Positions 1 to 7,085 of a DNA stretch of 55,448 bases are shown here, piece by piece. Within the stretch, counting starts at the first letter, position 1. Each line of letters starts with the position of its first letter. The notes beneath the pieces are model-generated. The model did not search any database and had not been told where the DNA came from. It saw only the letters and a program-made list of their open reading frames with translations. The translations under genes and the position numbers were made by a program. The DNA comes from Burkholderiales bacterium (lineage in GTDB: Bacteria > Pseudomonadota > Gammaproteobacteria > Burkholderiales > SG8-39), in assembly GCA_038903735.1 (NCBI GenBank), contig JBCKLP010000003.1, positions 1 to 55,448 of the forward strand, in the 5' to 3' direction.

Positions 1-1
1 G

Positions 2-919
2 TTCCTCCGCTACTTCGGACCTCTCCTTGATGCCCTGCGAAAGCTTGGCGGCTCGGGCAAGCCGGACGAAGTCGTGCAGCAGGTAGTAACTGACCTGGCG
101 CTGTCGGACGAAGAGCAAAACGAGCTTGTGACGTCAGGCGGCTCCCGCCTGAAGACGAACGTCGCTTGGGCCCGGTTCTACTTGGTTCGAGAAGGGCTCC
201 TGGACTCATCAAAGCGCGGCGTGTGGAGCCTCACGGAGAAGGGCCGAAACACCCGTCTGTCTGTGGATCAAGCCGGCGAGATTTTCTCCCGCTGGGTTAA
301 TGTTTTCGACGAGCAACGGAAGAACCGCGGCGAAGCGGAAGAACCGGTCGCCGAGAAGATCGCGGAAGGTAGCGGCGCCACTTCCAAAGACTATCGCGCC
401 GAGACTCTCGAACTTCTACTGACACTCCCTCCGTCCGGCTTTGAAAGGCTTGCGCAGCGAATACTTCGTGAAGCGGGTTTCACCCAAGTTGTCGTTACGG
501 GAAAAAGCGGTGACGGAGGCATCGATGGCTACGGTACGCTGCAGATCAACCATCTGCTCAGCTTCAAGGTGCTATTTCAATGCAAACGCTACGCGAAATC
601 GGTTTCACCTTCGGAGGTCCGAGACTTCCGGGGCGCGATGGCGGGGCGCGCAGACAAAGGCATCATCATTACGACCGGGACCTTTACGGCCGAAGCGCGA
701 CGCGAAGCATCACGCGATGGAGTTCCGCCAATTGAACTGATCGACGGCGAAAAGCTCATCGACTTGCTTGAAAGCCTAGAGCTTGGTCTCCGGCCTGTTC
801 CCACTTACGAACTCGATCATGCATTCTTCACCGAGTTCAGAGAGGCTAACCCGGCAGTCGAGTGGGACGCTCCGCAAGCGGCGTTGCCGCTCGCTGCGCG
901 CCCCTCACTTCTACGTTAG
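2..919 (+). CDS. mrr: Mrr-family (type IV) restriction endonuclease, 5' partial; cassette 1
   Basis: Frame is open from base 2. N-terminal winged-helix region (VAWARFYLVREGLL, GVWSLTEKG) and catalytic GDGGIDG...FQCKRY, FRGAM, IELIDGEKL motifs. The ORF reads through attC. Confidence 0.9.
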   Translation, partial: FLRYFGPLLDALRKLGGSGKPDEVVQQVVTDLALSDEEQNELVTSGGSRLKTNVAWARFYLVREGLLDSSKRGVWSLTEKGRNTRLSVDQAGEIFSRWVNVFDEQRKNRGEAEEPVAEKIAEGSGATSKDYRAETLELLLTLPPSGFERLAQRILREAGFTQVVVTGKSGDGGIDGYGTLQINHLLSFKVLFQCKRYAKSVSPSEVRDFRGAMAGRADKGIIITTGTFTAEARREASRDGVPPIELIDGEKLIDLLESLELGLRPVPTYELDHAFFTEFREANPAVEWDAPQAALPLAARPSLLR

Positions 920-921
920 GC
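844..921 (+). repeat. attC site 1
   Basis: GGCTAAC ... imperfect palindrome ... GTTAGGC. Confidence 0.9.
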
Positions 922-951
922 ACTCAATGAATACTCCGCTACAATCAATTT

Positions 952-1233
952 ATGGCACAGCCATCGATCAGCCGTATTCGCGACTGCATTCGTTCACTGA
1001 ACTACGTGGTATCACTACATGCTGCGGAAGAACTTGACGATGACAACCTCACGATCCTTGATCTCGAGAACATTATCCTCACAGGCGAAATCGCCGGGCG
1101 CCAGCGCGACCGAAGAACGCGAGAGGTCAAGTTCGTTATCCGCGGCCGCACGATTGAAGGCCAAGAGGCGGAAGCTGTCGTCAAATTCAGCCAGATCGGC
1201 GCTCTCTTCATCATTACCGTCTACCTTGTCTAA
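952..1233 (+). CDS. DUF4258-family putative toxin; cassette 2
   Basis: 93 aa with SLHAAEEL...IILTGEI...IITVY; overlaps the downstream zinc-finger gene. Confidence 0.8.
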   Translation: MAQPSISRIRDCIRSLNYVVSLHAAEELDDDNLTILDLENIILTGEIAGRQRDRRTREVKFVIRGRTIEGQEAEAVVKFSQIGALFIITVYLV

Positions 1234-1474
1234 CTCCATCTGCATTTCATGTGCTCATAAAGGTGTAGAACTGCGTAAGGTTACCCGTAGCTTCGGTCAC
1301 GGGCCCAAGCTCCTGCTCATCGAAGGAATTCCTATGTGCTCATGCCCACATTGTGGAGAGTCATACTTCACTGCACAGACGATGCACGAGATCGAGCGCA
1401 TCAAGGTACTTCGTAAGTCTGTCGCGACTGATCGCTCGGTTCCGGTTGCGGAGTTCCACGAGTTACGCGCCTAA
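1226..1474 (+). CDS. YgiT/MqsA-type zinc-finger putative antitoxin; cassette 2
   Basis: TTG start overlaps the toxin stop; CISC...IEGIPMCSCPHCGESYF. Confidence 0.8.
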   Translation: MSNSICISCAHKGVELRKVTRSFGHGPKLLLIEGIPMCSCPHCGESYFTAQTMHEIERIKVLRKSVATDRSVPVAEFHELRA

Positions 1475-1526
1475 CTTTAGCTGCACCGGAGGCGCCTTCG
1501 GCGCGCCGGTGAGCACGACGTTAGAA
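1469..1526 (+). repeat. attC site 2
   Basis: GCCTAAC TTTA GCTGCAC CGG...CCG GTGAGC ACGAC GTTAGAA. Confidence 0.9.
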
Positions 1527-1601
1527 GGCGCGGCTACCAGAAGGCGCCGTGTCCGCCTTTGAGGTATCCTCGCATCATCAATCTAGGTTGCACGAGGGGC
1601 C

Positions 1602-1829
1602 GTGTCTGAATTCGATCGCATCAGGGAGCAACTTGCCTATCTCAAATTCTGGCAGGGTATCGTGGTGCTGACGGACATCAGTTTGGCCGGTTGGCTCATT
1701 TCATCGTCTGAATCTGCAGCCCGCCTCACTGTTATATTGGCCGTCGCCGCCGTAGTTTTGCTGAGCTTCGGCATCGTAGTTCTGCATCGCCAGATCGAGC
1801 GCCGCATAGATCAAATCGGAAGGCTATAA
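1602..1829 (+). CDS. Small membrane protein of unknown function with two predicted helices; cassette 3
   Basis: 75 aa, two hydrophobic segments, GAGG RBS; paralog at 4366. Confidence 0.8.
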   Translation: MSEFDRIREQLAYLKFWQGIVVLTDISLAGWLISSSESAARLTVILAVAAVVLLSFGIVVLHRQIERRIDQIGRL

Positions 1830-1831
1830 CC

Positions 1832-1918
1832 ATGGAAACTCTCGCAGCTATCGTCATGTTTGCCGTCGTGCTCGTTATCGTCGGCGTCGCCCTTGACGCT
1901 GCACGTCGCGCCAAATAG
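1832..1918 (+). CDS. 28-aa single-helix membrane peptide METLAAIVMFAVVLVIVGVALDAARRAK; cassette 3
   Basis: Translated by hand. Starts 2 nt after the upstream stop, ends just before attC; paralog at 4595. Confidence 0.75.
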   Translation: METLAAIVMFAVVLVIVGVALDAARRAK

Positions 1919-1922
1919 CGCC

Positions 1923-1995
1923 TTCTAACCCTGCGCTCCAGCGGCGGACGCTGCGCGATGAAGCCGCGCAGCCCCGCTGAGCTTGAACGTTGGGC
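1923..1995 (+). repeat. attC site 3
   Basis: TTCTAAC...GTTGGGC; similar to attC 8. Confidence 0.9.
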
Positions 1996-2051
1996 GGCTA
2001 AATGATCGCCTGCGCTATACTAAAGTTCTAGAATCCATTATCGGGGGCACC

Positions 2052-2270
2052 ATGCATCTGACCGCGGTTTTCCAAAAGGTTGCCGAGGGCTATATCGGTT
2101 TTGTGGAAGAGCTCCCAGGCGCTAATACCCAAGGGGCCACGCTCGACGAAGTGCGGGCAAATCTTGCAGAGGCAGTTGAGTTGGTTCTTGAGGCCAACCG
2201 CACTCTAACGGAAGAGGCGATTCAAGGCCAAGTGGTCATTCGTGAAAAGATGCTGCTTCCTGCAGCATGA
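2052..2270 (+). CDS. hicB: HicB-family antitoxin (short form); cassette 4
   Basis: YIGFVEELPGANTQGATLDEVRANLAEAVELVLE; ATGA overlap with hicA. Confidence 0.88.
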   Translation: MHLTAVFQKVAEGYIGFVEELPGANTQGATLDEVRANLAEAVELVLEANRTLTEEAIQGQVVIREKMLLPAA

Positions 2271-2452
2271 AACGCGACGATCTCGTCCGGCACCTTCGAC
2301 AACACGGCTGCGTTTTGCTTCGGGAAGGCAGCAAACACTCAGTATTCGTGAACCGAGCGACACAAAAGGCGACCACCATGCCTCGTCACCGAGAACTGAA
2401 CGATTTTCTGGCAAGGAAGATCTGCCGTGATCTCGAGGTTCCTGCGCCGTAG
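2267..2452 (+). CDS. hicA: HicA-family toxin; cassette 4
   Basis: LLREGSKHSVF...MPRHREL...KICRDL. Confidence 0.88.
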   Translation: MKRDDLVRHLRQHGCVLLREGSKHSVFVNRATQKATTMPRHRELNDFLARKICRDLEVPAP

Positions 2453-2454
2453 CC

Positions 2455-2519
2455 GCCCAACCACCCGCTCAACACGGACGCGCGCAATGCCGCGCGCGCC
2501 GGTTAGCGGCACGTTAGCC
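2455..2519 (+). repeat. attC site 4
   Basis: GCCCAAC CACCC GCTCAAC...GTTAGC GGCAC GTTAGCC. Confidence 0.92.
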
Positions 2520-2539
2520 ATCTGAAGATCGCCCGTTCG

Positions 2540-2568
2540 TTGCATGTGATAGCAGTTGTTGCTATCAT
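2540..2568 (+). promoter_or_regulatory. Sigma70-type promoter of hicAB with overlapping operator palindrome
   Basis: TTGCAT-17 nt-TATCAT; inverted repeat TGATAGCA (2547-2554) / TGCTATCA (2560-2567); start codon 6 nt after the -10 box. Confidence 0.7.
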
Positions 2569-2574
2569 GGTTTC

Positions 2575-2829
2575 GTGAATTCGAAGCAACGCAAATTACT
2601 CGTCTCAGTCTTCGCTCGTCCTACGTCCGCGTCGATTCTGTTCGGCGACATCGAGGCTCTCATCAAGGCGTTGGGAGGATCAGTGTCGGAACGCAAGGGC
2701 TCCCGCGTGAAGTTTGAACTCAAGGGCGAACAGTGGCGCTGCCACCGCCCGCATCCTGGAAAAGAAGCCAAGCGCTACCAAGTTGAAGAAGCGCGTGAGT
2801 TCTTGGAACGTGTAGGAGTGAAACCGTGA
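2575..2829 (+). CDS. hicA: HicA-family toxin; cassette 5
   Basis: DIEALIKALGG...GSRVKF...HRPHPGKEAKRYQV. Confidence 0.9.
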   Translation: MNSKQRKLLVSVFARPTSASILFGDIEALIKALGGSVSERKGSRVKFELKGEQWRCHRPHPGKEAKRYQVEEAREFLERVGVKP

Positions 2830-3164
2830 ACACAATGTCCCACAAAGGCTACACCGCTCGTGTCGAATACGACGAACGAGACAATATCTTTGTTGGCCGA
2901 ATCCTCGGCGTCCGTACCATCATTAGCTTTCATGGCGAGACGGTCAAGGAATTGCGTGCTGAATTTGAACTTGCCGTCAAGGACTACCTCGCCGAATGCA
3001 AGCAAGAAGGAATACAGCCCGAAAAGCAGGCTTCCGGCAAGCTTCTTCTTCGTGTCCCACCGGAAATCCATGGCCGCGCGCTTGTAGCAGCGCAAGCAGC
3101 CGGCAAGAGCCTGAACCAATGGGCAACTGAAATCCTTCAGCACGCCGTCCAACCAGATGGCTAA
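2826..3164 (+). CDS. hicB: HicB-family antitoxin with C-terminal RHH; cassette 5
   Basis: KGYTARVEYD...SFHGETV...SGKLLLRVPPEIH...KSLNQW. Confidence 0.9.
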   Translation: MNTMSHKGYTARVEYDERDNIFVGRILGVRTIISFHGETVKELRAEFELAVKDYLAECKQEGIQPEKQASGKLLLRVPPEIHGRALVAAQAAGKSLNQWATEILQHAVQPDG

Positions 3165-3245
3165 CTTCAGGTGGAACGGACGGGCCGCGAGCGTCGTGCT
3201 TCCATTGCCCGCCTCGCTGGCCCGCCGTTCACCACGACGTTCGGC
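3159..3245 (+). repeat. attC site 5
   Basis: GGCTAAC TTCA GGTGGAA CGG...CCG TTCACC ACGAC GTTCGGC. Confidence 0.9.
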
Positions 3246-3325
3246 GGCACTACGACAGGTATCATTGCCCGAGCCTTTTGAGCGGACGCGAGTAATTACC
3301 GAGTACTCTTTCCAGGAGGTGACCT

Positions 3326-4153
3326 ATGCACAAAGATTGGATTATCCGAATCGGCACGTTTTCGCTCTGCGCGCTTCTTGCCATTAATGCCTATGGACAA
3401 ACAACCGAGAGGATTGTCATCGATGGCTCGACGGGCGGAATGCCGATGGCCGCGGCGCTCGCGAAGGCATTTCAAGAGCGTAATCCGGGCGTGACAATCG
3501 AAATCGGAAAAGGGCTCGGGACCTCGGCCCGCATCCAGGCGCTGGCGCAGGGGAAAATTGACATCGCATTGGCCAGTCACGGCTTGAACATTGTGGAGAT
3601 CACCAGTAAAGGAATGGCGGTGCACGAAATCGCGAATGTCCCGGTAGTGTTCGGCGTAAATGCGTCCGTGCCTGTAGTTAACCTGACTGCTCAGCGGATT
3701 TGCGACGTGTATGCCGGAAAGTCTTCGAACTGGAAAGACCTTGGCGGGCCCGACATAGAGATAGCGGTACGCACCAGGCCTGATAGTGAGGTAGACACTG
3801 AAGTCGTGCGGGACAACATCGCATGTCTGAAGGATCTCAAGTTTACCGCGGCAGTGAAGATCATGCCTACGGCCGGGAATATGGCAACGGAACTTGCCGC
3901 TGCCGCAGGTGCGATCGGGATGACCACAATGACAGTCGTGGAACAGAGCCAGGGTAAGATCAAGGCGCTATCTATCAATGGCATCGCCCCAACCGTGCAG
4001 AATGTGGAGCGGAAAGCCTATCAACTTGTTCGCGAGTCCTATTTTGTGATTAAAACGCCTGCTTCGCCAGCGGTCGCGCGATTCTTGGAATTCACCCGAG
4101 GTCCCATGGGCCATGCAGTGATCATAGCCAACGGGGCTATAGCAGTGAAATGA
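3326..4153 (+). CDS. PstS-like periplasmic substrate-binding protein; cassette 6
   Basis: Signal peptide; IDGSTG...GKIDIALAS, NWKDLGGPD, ALSINGIAPT...YQLVR pattern; CAGGAGG RBS. Confidence 0.8.
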   Translation: MHKDWIIRIGTFSLCALLAINAYGQTTERIVIDGSTGGMPMAAALAKAFQERNPGVTIEIGKGLGTSARIQALAQGKIDIALASHGLNIVEITSKGMAVHEIANVPVVFGVNASVPVVNLTAQRICDVYAGKSSNWKDLGGPDIEIAVRTRPDSEVDTEVVRDNIACLKDLKFTAAVKIMPTAGNMATELAAAAGAIGMTTMTVVEQSQGKIKALSINGIAPTVQNVERKAYQLVRESYFVIKTPASPAVARFLEFTRGPMGHAVIIANGAIAVK

Positions 4154-4202
4154 AGCCAAGCGCTGTCGCCGAAGGCGCTGTTCCTGCCGATTGGGCGTTG
4201 CC

Positions 4203-4289
4203 GCCGAACTACAGGTGGAACGGACGGGCCGTCAGCGACAGTGCGTTCTTACGCATCGCGCTGGCCCGCCGTTCACCAAAACGTTAGAA
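4203..4289 (+). repeat. attC site 6
   Basis: GCCGAAC TACA GGTGGAA CGG...CCG TTCACC AAAAC GTTAGAA. Confidence 0.9.
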
Positions 4290-4365
4290 GGCGCAACCCG
4301 ACGCAACGCGCCGCGACGGATCTTGGAGTATCCTTGCAGCATCACTTTCCGCCGCACGGAGTACC

Positions 4366-4592
4366 GTGTCTGAGCTCGATCACTTCAAGGAGCAGCTCGT
4401 TTATCTCCGGTTCTGGCTGGGGATAATGGTTGTGACAGAAATCACGTTGGTCGGTTGGCTCATTTCAACACCGAACATCGCAGATCCCATTTTGTGGTCC
4501 CTCGCGGCTTTCGGCGCGGTTTTTCTTGGTTTCGGTATCTTCCTTATACATCGCAGGTCGAACGCCGCATTGAAGAGATCAGGAGGTTATAG
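4366..4592 (+). CDS. Small two-helix membrane protein, paralog of 1602..1829, with a 1-bp frameshift near 4554; cassette 7
   Basis: MSELDHFKEQLVYLRFWLGIMVVTEITLVGWLIS aligns with the cassette 3 protein. Adding one C restores HRQVERRIEEIRRL* ending at 4592. Confidence 0.75.
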
Positions 4593-4594
4593 CC

Positions 4595-4678
4595 ATGGAA
4601 ATTATCGCTGGTATCATCATGCTTGCCGTCGTGCTGCTTTTCGTCGGTATTGCACTTGACGCCGCGCGTCGCAAGTAG
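4595..4678 (+). CDS. 27-aa single-helix membrane peptide MEIIAGIIMLAVVLLFVGIALDAARRK; cassette 7
   Basis: AGGAGG RBS inside the upstream gene; paralog of 1832..1918. Confidence 0.75.
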   Translation: MEIIAGIIMLAVVLLFVGIALDAARRK

Positions 4679-4682
4679 CGCC

Positions 4683-4772
4683 TTCTAACCTGGCGGTGTA
4701 CCCGGACGCGCAGTAAGCATCGCGCGTTGGTCATCTGTCAGTAGCCGCGCGCCGGTAACCTCCACGTTGGGC
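4683..4772 (+). repeat. attC site 7
   Basis: TTCTAAC CTGGC GGTGTAC...GTAACC TCCAC GTTGGGC. Confidence 0.9.
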
Positions 4773-4839
4773 AGCAAGGGAGGACGCGGCGCGAGTCGCG
4801 ATGAAGTATGGAGATGGCGACCTCGGATAACATGCGACC

Positions 4840-5299
4840 ATGAAGATCCGGATCTACACAGACACCTCGGTCGTGGGCGGCTGCGAGGACGAAGAGTTCG
4901 CGGAGCACTCCGTCCGGCTTATGGAATGCTTCGTCCGAGGTGAACGTGTTCTCGTCCTGTCCAGCCTCACGGTGCAGGAGCTGGCGGCGGCACCGGCCGC
5001 GGTCCGCAGGCGACTTGCCTCCGTGCCCGAAGCACACATCGAAACGCTTCAGCTTGATGCCGAGGCCCAGGAGCTTGCAGAAGCATACGTTGCCGCAGGC
5101 GTGCTCACAGCCAAGATGCGGGCGGACCGCCCAGCACATTGCGATCGCGACCGTAGGCCGGGTCGACGTACTGGTGAGCTGGAATTTCAAGCACATCGTC
5201 AACCTGCAGCGGATCCACGGCTACAACTCCGTGAACTTGCGCAAAGGCTATCCAATGATCGAAATCCGGACGCCACGAGAGGTACTGTCAGATGAGTGA
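4840..5299 (+). CDS. PIN-domain toxin, frameshifted near 5127; cassette 8
   Basis: IYTDTSVVGG at the N-terminus. Removing one C gives ADAQHIAIAT...VLVSWNFKHIVN...IEIRTPREV. Confidence 0.85.
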
Positions 5300-5507
5300 G
5301 ACCGAGAAGAAATTTGATGCTGTCGCGATGATGCGCTCCGCCAGAGACAAGATTTCGGCAGAGATCGAAGGTATGACATTGGATGAAGAGTTGAGGTGGC
5401 TTGCCTCGCAGGAACTCCATGATACGTTCTTGAAGCGTCTCCGAGATCGTGCTGCCCAACACTGCGCTCCAGTGGGGCTGCGCGATAAAGCCGCGCAACC
5501 CCGCTGA
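5292..5507 (+). CDS. Small putative antitoxin partner of the PIN toxin; cassette 8
   Basis: KKFDAVAMMRSARDKISAEIEGMT; overlaps the PIN stop; C-terminus reads into attC. Confidence 0.7.
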   Translation: MSETEKKFDAVAMMRSARDKISAEIEGMTLDEELRWLASQELHDTFLKRLRDRAAQHCAPVGLRDKAAQPR

Positions 5508-5523
5508 GCTTGGACGGTTAGGA
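5454..5523 (+). repeat. attC site 8
   Basis: GCCCAAC...GTTAGGA. Confidence 0.88.
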
Positions 5524-5530
5524 TTCCCAG

Positions 5531-5806
5531 ATGACGACAGTTGGCTACGGTGCATCGGCCGCAATAGTATCTCCGGCCGCCGGAGTTACTGGCTTCCTAT
5601 TGAAGAGTATGAATGGGTCGTTCTTCTTCCGCGTCTATAGTACGAGCGGTGATTTCACCGACTACGACATCCGGCACGATGATCTCGAAGTAACGATCTC
5701 TCCAGATGCGCTTGCTTCGTTCTACCAGATCGGTGACCGTCTGCTTCTTGATCATAGTCCCGATGTTCTCGGTTTGGAGAGTGGCCCTAATGAGCAGGAA
5801 TCCTAA
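5531..5806 (+). CDS. Hypothetical protein; cassette 9
   Basis: 91-aa ORF filling the cassette; stop codon lies within the attC AAC box. Confidence 0.7.
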   Translation: MTTVGYGASAAIVSPAAGVTGFLLKSMNGSFFFRVYSTSGDFTDYDIRHDDLEVTISPDALASFYQIGDRLLLDHSPDVLGLESGPNEQES

Positions 5807-5887
5807 CTTTAGCTGCTGCGGACGGGCCGGAAGCATCGCGACTCCATCAAAGTCTGCGACGGCCCGCGGCAGAGCAAAACGTTATGC
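5801..5887 (+). repeat. attC site 9
   Basis: TCCTAAC TTTA GCTGCTG...CAGAGC AAAAC GTTATGC. Confidence 0.88.
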
Positions 5888-5910
5888 GTTCCGTGCAAAG
5901 GATGGTCTGA

Positions 5911-6312
5911 ATGCCATCAGGTGATGCCCAGAGAACTTGGTTCCCGGAAATGGTAGGTGTCTTGCGTCACGACTGGGACAGATCAATTTCGATGGCGAAG
6001 TTGATCGAACTGAGGCATCGACTCGATGCCATGCTCCAGTCGATTCGTTCGGAACGGGGCATCCTGCCCGCGGTTATGACTTGTCCGAGTTGCGGCGCCA
6101 AGGGCCATGCTGCTCCGCCGAGGGTGTCTGTACGTGCCGTGATCCTCGCTTTGGGCCGTTTTGGGATTTCTTCGCTCGAAGAGGTTCGGGCCTTGGAGAA
6201 ATTGTGGAATCGTTATCGTCGTGACGAGCATCTTGATCTGTACGGTGCTCAGGAGGCCGGACGCATAACTCTAGGTGGTGCGGACGGGCCGCCAGCGCCG
6301 TGCCATCATTGA
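5911..6312 (+). CDS. Hypothetical protein with a CxxC motif; cassette 10
   Basis: 133-aa ORF with AAGGA upstream and CPSCG; reads into attC. Confidence 0.7.
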   Translation: MPSGDAQRTWFPEMVGVLRHDWDRSISMAKLIELRHRLDAMLQSIRSERGILPAVMTCPSCGAKGHAAPPRVSVRAVILALGRFGISSLEEVRALEKLWNRYRRDEHLDLYGAQEAGRITLGGADGPPAPCHH

Positions 6313-6350
6313 GCAACGCGCTGGCCGGCCATTTCACCACGACGTTATGT
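6263..6350 (+). repeat. attC site 10
   Basis: GCATAAC TCTA GGTGGTG CGG...TTCACC ACGAC GTTATGT. Confidence 0.85.
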
Positions 6351-6362
6351 TTCGGGTAGACA

Positions 6363-6962
6363 ATGAAGCTGCTCAACGATCTCATCACCTCGCTCGCTGA
6401 CCCGCAGCCGAGTCTTATCGACGCGCTCGTCAAGACTAAAGTCTTATTGCATCAGGTGGGCCGAAAAGATCTGACGGAATGGGTAAACAGCGAAATCAAC
6501 GGATACAGTGACGACGCCCCATTACCGGAATACCGAATACTTCACGCCCAGGTAAAAGGCAAGGTCACGAACAACGCATATTCGTACAACGATCATCCGC
6601 TCCCGACAATGCATCTCGAGAAAGCAGTCCGAGATCGCTTTGAAAAACTGGAAATGCGAGACTCGATCGCTGTGTTGGAGGGTTTGTCAAAGAACGAAAA
6701 GCAGGGCCTTCAACGTCCTCTACCAATCGAGACCGGAGCACTTTAAAGGAACCATGTTCCGCTTGAAGACATTGCTTTACTCAAAGAGGCTATTGCAGAG
6801 GACGCGTCATCGGCCGATGTCTCAAACAAGCGTTTTGGTCCGCGCGTAAAAGGCTGGCTGTCATCAATGCTGAGCAAAGCATTCGAGGCATCTTGGCAAA
6901 TCGAACTCAACGTCGCCGCGGGTCTGCTGAGCACGGCACTCGAGGCCTTCTACGGCTGGTGA
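6363..6962 (+). pseudogene. AbiTii-like protein with an in-frame stop at 6744-6746 and a probable internal deletion; cassette 11
   Basis: SLIDALVKTKVL...EWVNSEINGY...LPEYR N-terminus; the same frame resumes after TAA to ...FGPRVKGWL...AAGLLSTALEAFYGW*. Confidence 0.72.
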
Positions 6963-6963
6963 A

Positions 6964-6970
6964 ACATAAC
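6964..6970 (+). repeat. Truncated attC (AAC box only), end of the array
   Basis: ACATAAC complements the cassette start GTTATGT; no hairpin follows. Confidence 0.7.
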
Positions 6971-7085
6971 CATCCCTTAAAATGCAGGCTCCTTTCTGTA
7001 GGTTAACAGATAAGCAAACAATCCCATTGTGATCCAGAACACAGTTTAGGGAGCCGAACAGGATGCCTATGCTGCCCTTGAGCGG

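Larger units (their letters stand above)
1..6970 (+). mobile_element. Integron gene-cassette array, distal part (11 cassettes); integrase and attI not in window
   Basis: Ten imperfect hairpins bounded by ...AAC and GTT... boxes separate short co-oriented genes. For each complete cassette the starting GTT heptamer is the exact complement of the ending AAC heptamer: GTTAGGC/GCCTAAC, GTTAGAA/TTCTAAC (twice), GTTGGGC/GCCCAAC (twice), GTTAGCC/GGCTAAC, GTTCGGC/GCCGAAC, GTTAGGA/TCCTAAC, GTTATGC/GCATAAC, GTTATGT/ACATAAC. Confidence 0.95.

Noticed and set aside
7001-7010. GTTAACA as the closing box of a final attC
   Set aside because: The sequence from 6971 does not form paired L boxes and the site would be too short.
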